NCBI GenBank assembly: GCA_041917695.1
Contig: JAYRXE010000037.1
Coordinates: forward strand, 306,582-370,581
DNA from: Minisyncoccota bacterium
GTDB taxonomy: Bacteria; Patescibacteriota; Minisyncoccia; UBA6257; GWB1-50-10
Direction of reading: 5' to 3'
DNA: 64,000 nucleotides
Each line of letters starts with the position of its first letter. The first letter of the stretch is position 1. The position numbers and the translations under genes were made by a program. This document shows positions 63,768 to 64,000 of this stretch, in pieces. Below the pieces are notes generated by a model. It saw only the letters and a list, made by a program, of their open reading frames with translations, did not search any database and was not told the origin of the DNA.

Positions 63768-64000
63768 TTATGCCTTACCTTCGGGAATTCGCGAAAGAAA
63801 CTCTTTTTTGAATTCACCAAACGTCCCGTTTCGGATATGAAGGCGGATGTCTTCCATCAGTTTGTTGAAGAAACGTACGTTATGGTAGGAAAGGATGCGC
63901 TTCATCCGCAACTTCCCTTTCCGCATGTCATCCGGCGTCCGAAAGTCATCTTTTCCAATCTTCCATATCTCTCTGCGGGTCATTTTCTCGGAACCCGCGC
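63768..64000 (-). CDS. tgt: queuine tRNA-ribosyltransferase, C-terminal fragment (gene continues beyond window)
   Basis: ILSYHNVRFFNKLMEDIRLHIRNGTFGEFKKEF matches Tgt C-terminus (NTIHNLRYYQRLM..F..F); reading frame remains open to the window edge. Confidence 0.6.
   Translation of the reverse strand, partial: AGSEKMTRREIWKIGKDDFRTPDDMRKGKLRMKRILSYHNVRFFNKLMEDIRLHIRNGTFGEFKKEFLSRIPEGKA

Overview
This 64-kb window reads as a high-GC (about 57-60%) bacterial chromosome segment of mostly housekeeping genes, interrupted by several lower-GC accessory islets. The gene set looks like an uncultivated, compact-genome lineage (Patescibacteria/CPR-like), but I cannot fix the phylum from the sequence alone.

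Core genes recognised directly from their translations:
- Envelope and division: a fused L,D-transpeptidase/D,D-carboxypeptidase, uppP, plsC, ctpA, ftsW, murG, a Mur-ligase family gene, and an M23 peptidase.
- DNA and replication: uvrA (without the insertion domain), nth, parA, parB, and the dnaG-rpoD pair (rpoD with a lysine-rich N-terminus).
- Translation and RNA: gap, truB, hisS, hpf, rsmE, a compact alaS lacking the C-Ala domain, rplI, rpmA, gltX, and fragments of a SpoU methylase and tgt at the window edges.
- Stress and proteostasis: rel, groES-groEL behind a CIRCE-like inverted repeat, lemA-htpX, mscS, and an HlyD-like adaptor.
- Two tRNAs on the minus strand, Leu(CAA) and Ser(GGA); each abuts a lower-GC islet.

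The most unusual region is roughly 45.0-52.6 kb. It holds eleven same-strand hypothetical genes, each a self-contained unit with its own terminator hairpin, and at least seven of them carry the same TTAATAAYYTAA leader motif. Two unrelated genes in the array share an almost identical 25-nt leader.

Other notable items:
- A Bacteroidota-style T9SS C-terminal-sorting-domain protein at about 46% GC, probably horizontally acquired.
- AT-rich islets at 18.5-19.3 kb and 52.7-53.7 kb.
- A tRNA-Leu 3'-end direct repeat that looks like an integration scar.
- A large surface protein with two 318-nt tandem repeats, a (GGN)17 tract and a C-terminal membrane anchor.
- A RecB/Cas4-like PD-(D/E)XK nuclease and a stand-alone HNH endonuclease.
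- Three textbook leaderless promoters (TATAAT 6-7 nt before the ATG).
- A GluRS whose HIGH motif reads NFGT, and an amidohydrolase homolog that has lost its metal-binding HxH, sitting in the ftsW-murG operon.

I found no CRISPR array, transposase, rRNA or recognisable defence operon. Several long ORFs in the supplied track are antisense artefacts of the high-GC genes and are listed under rejected items.
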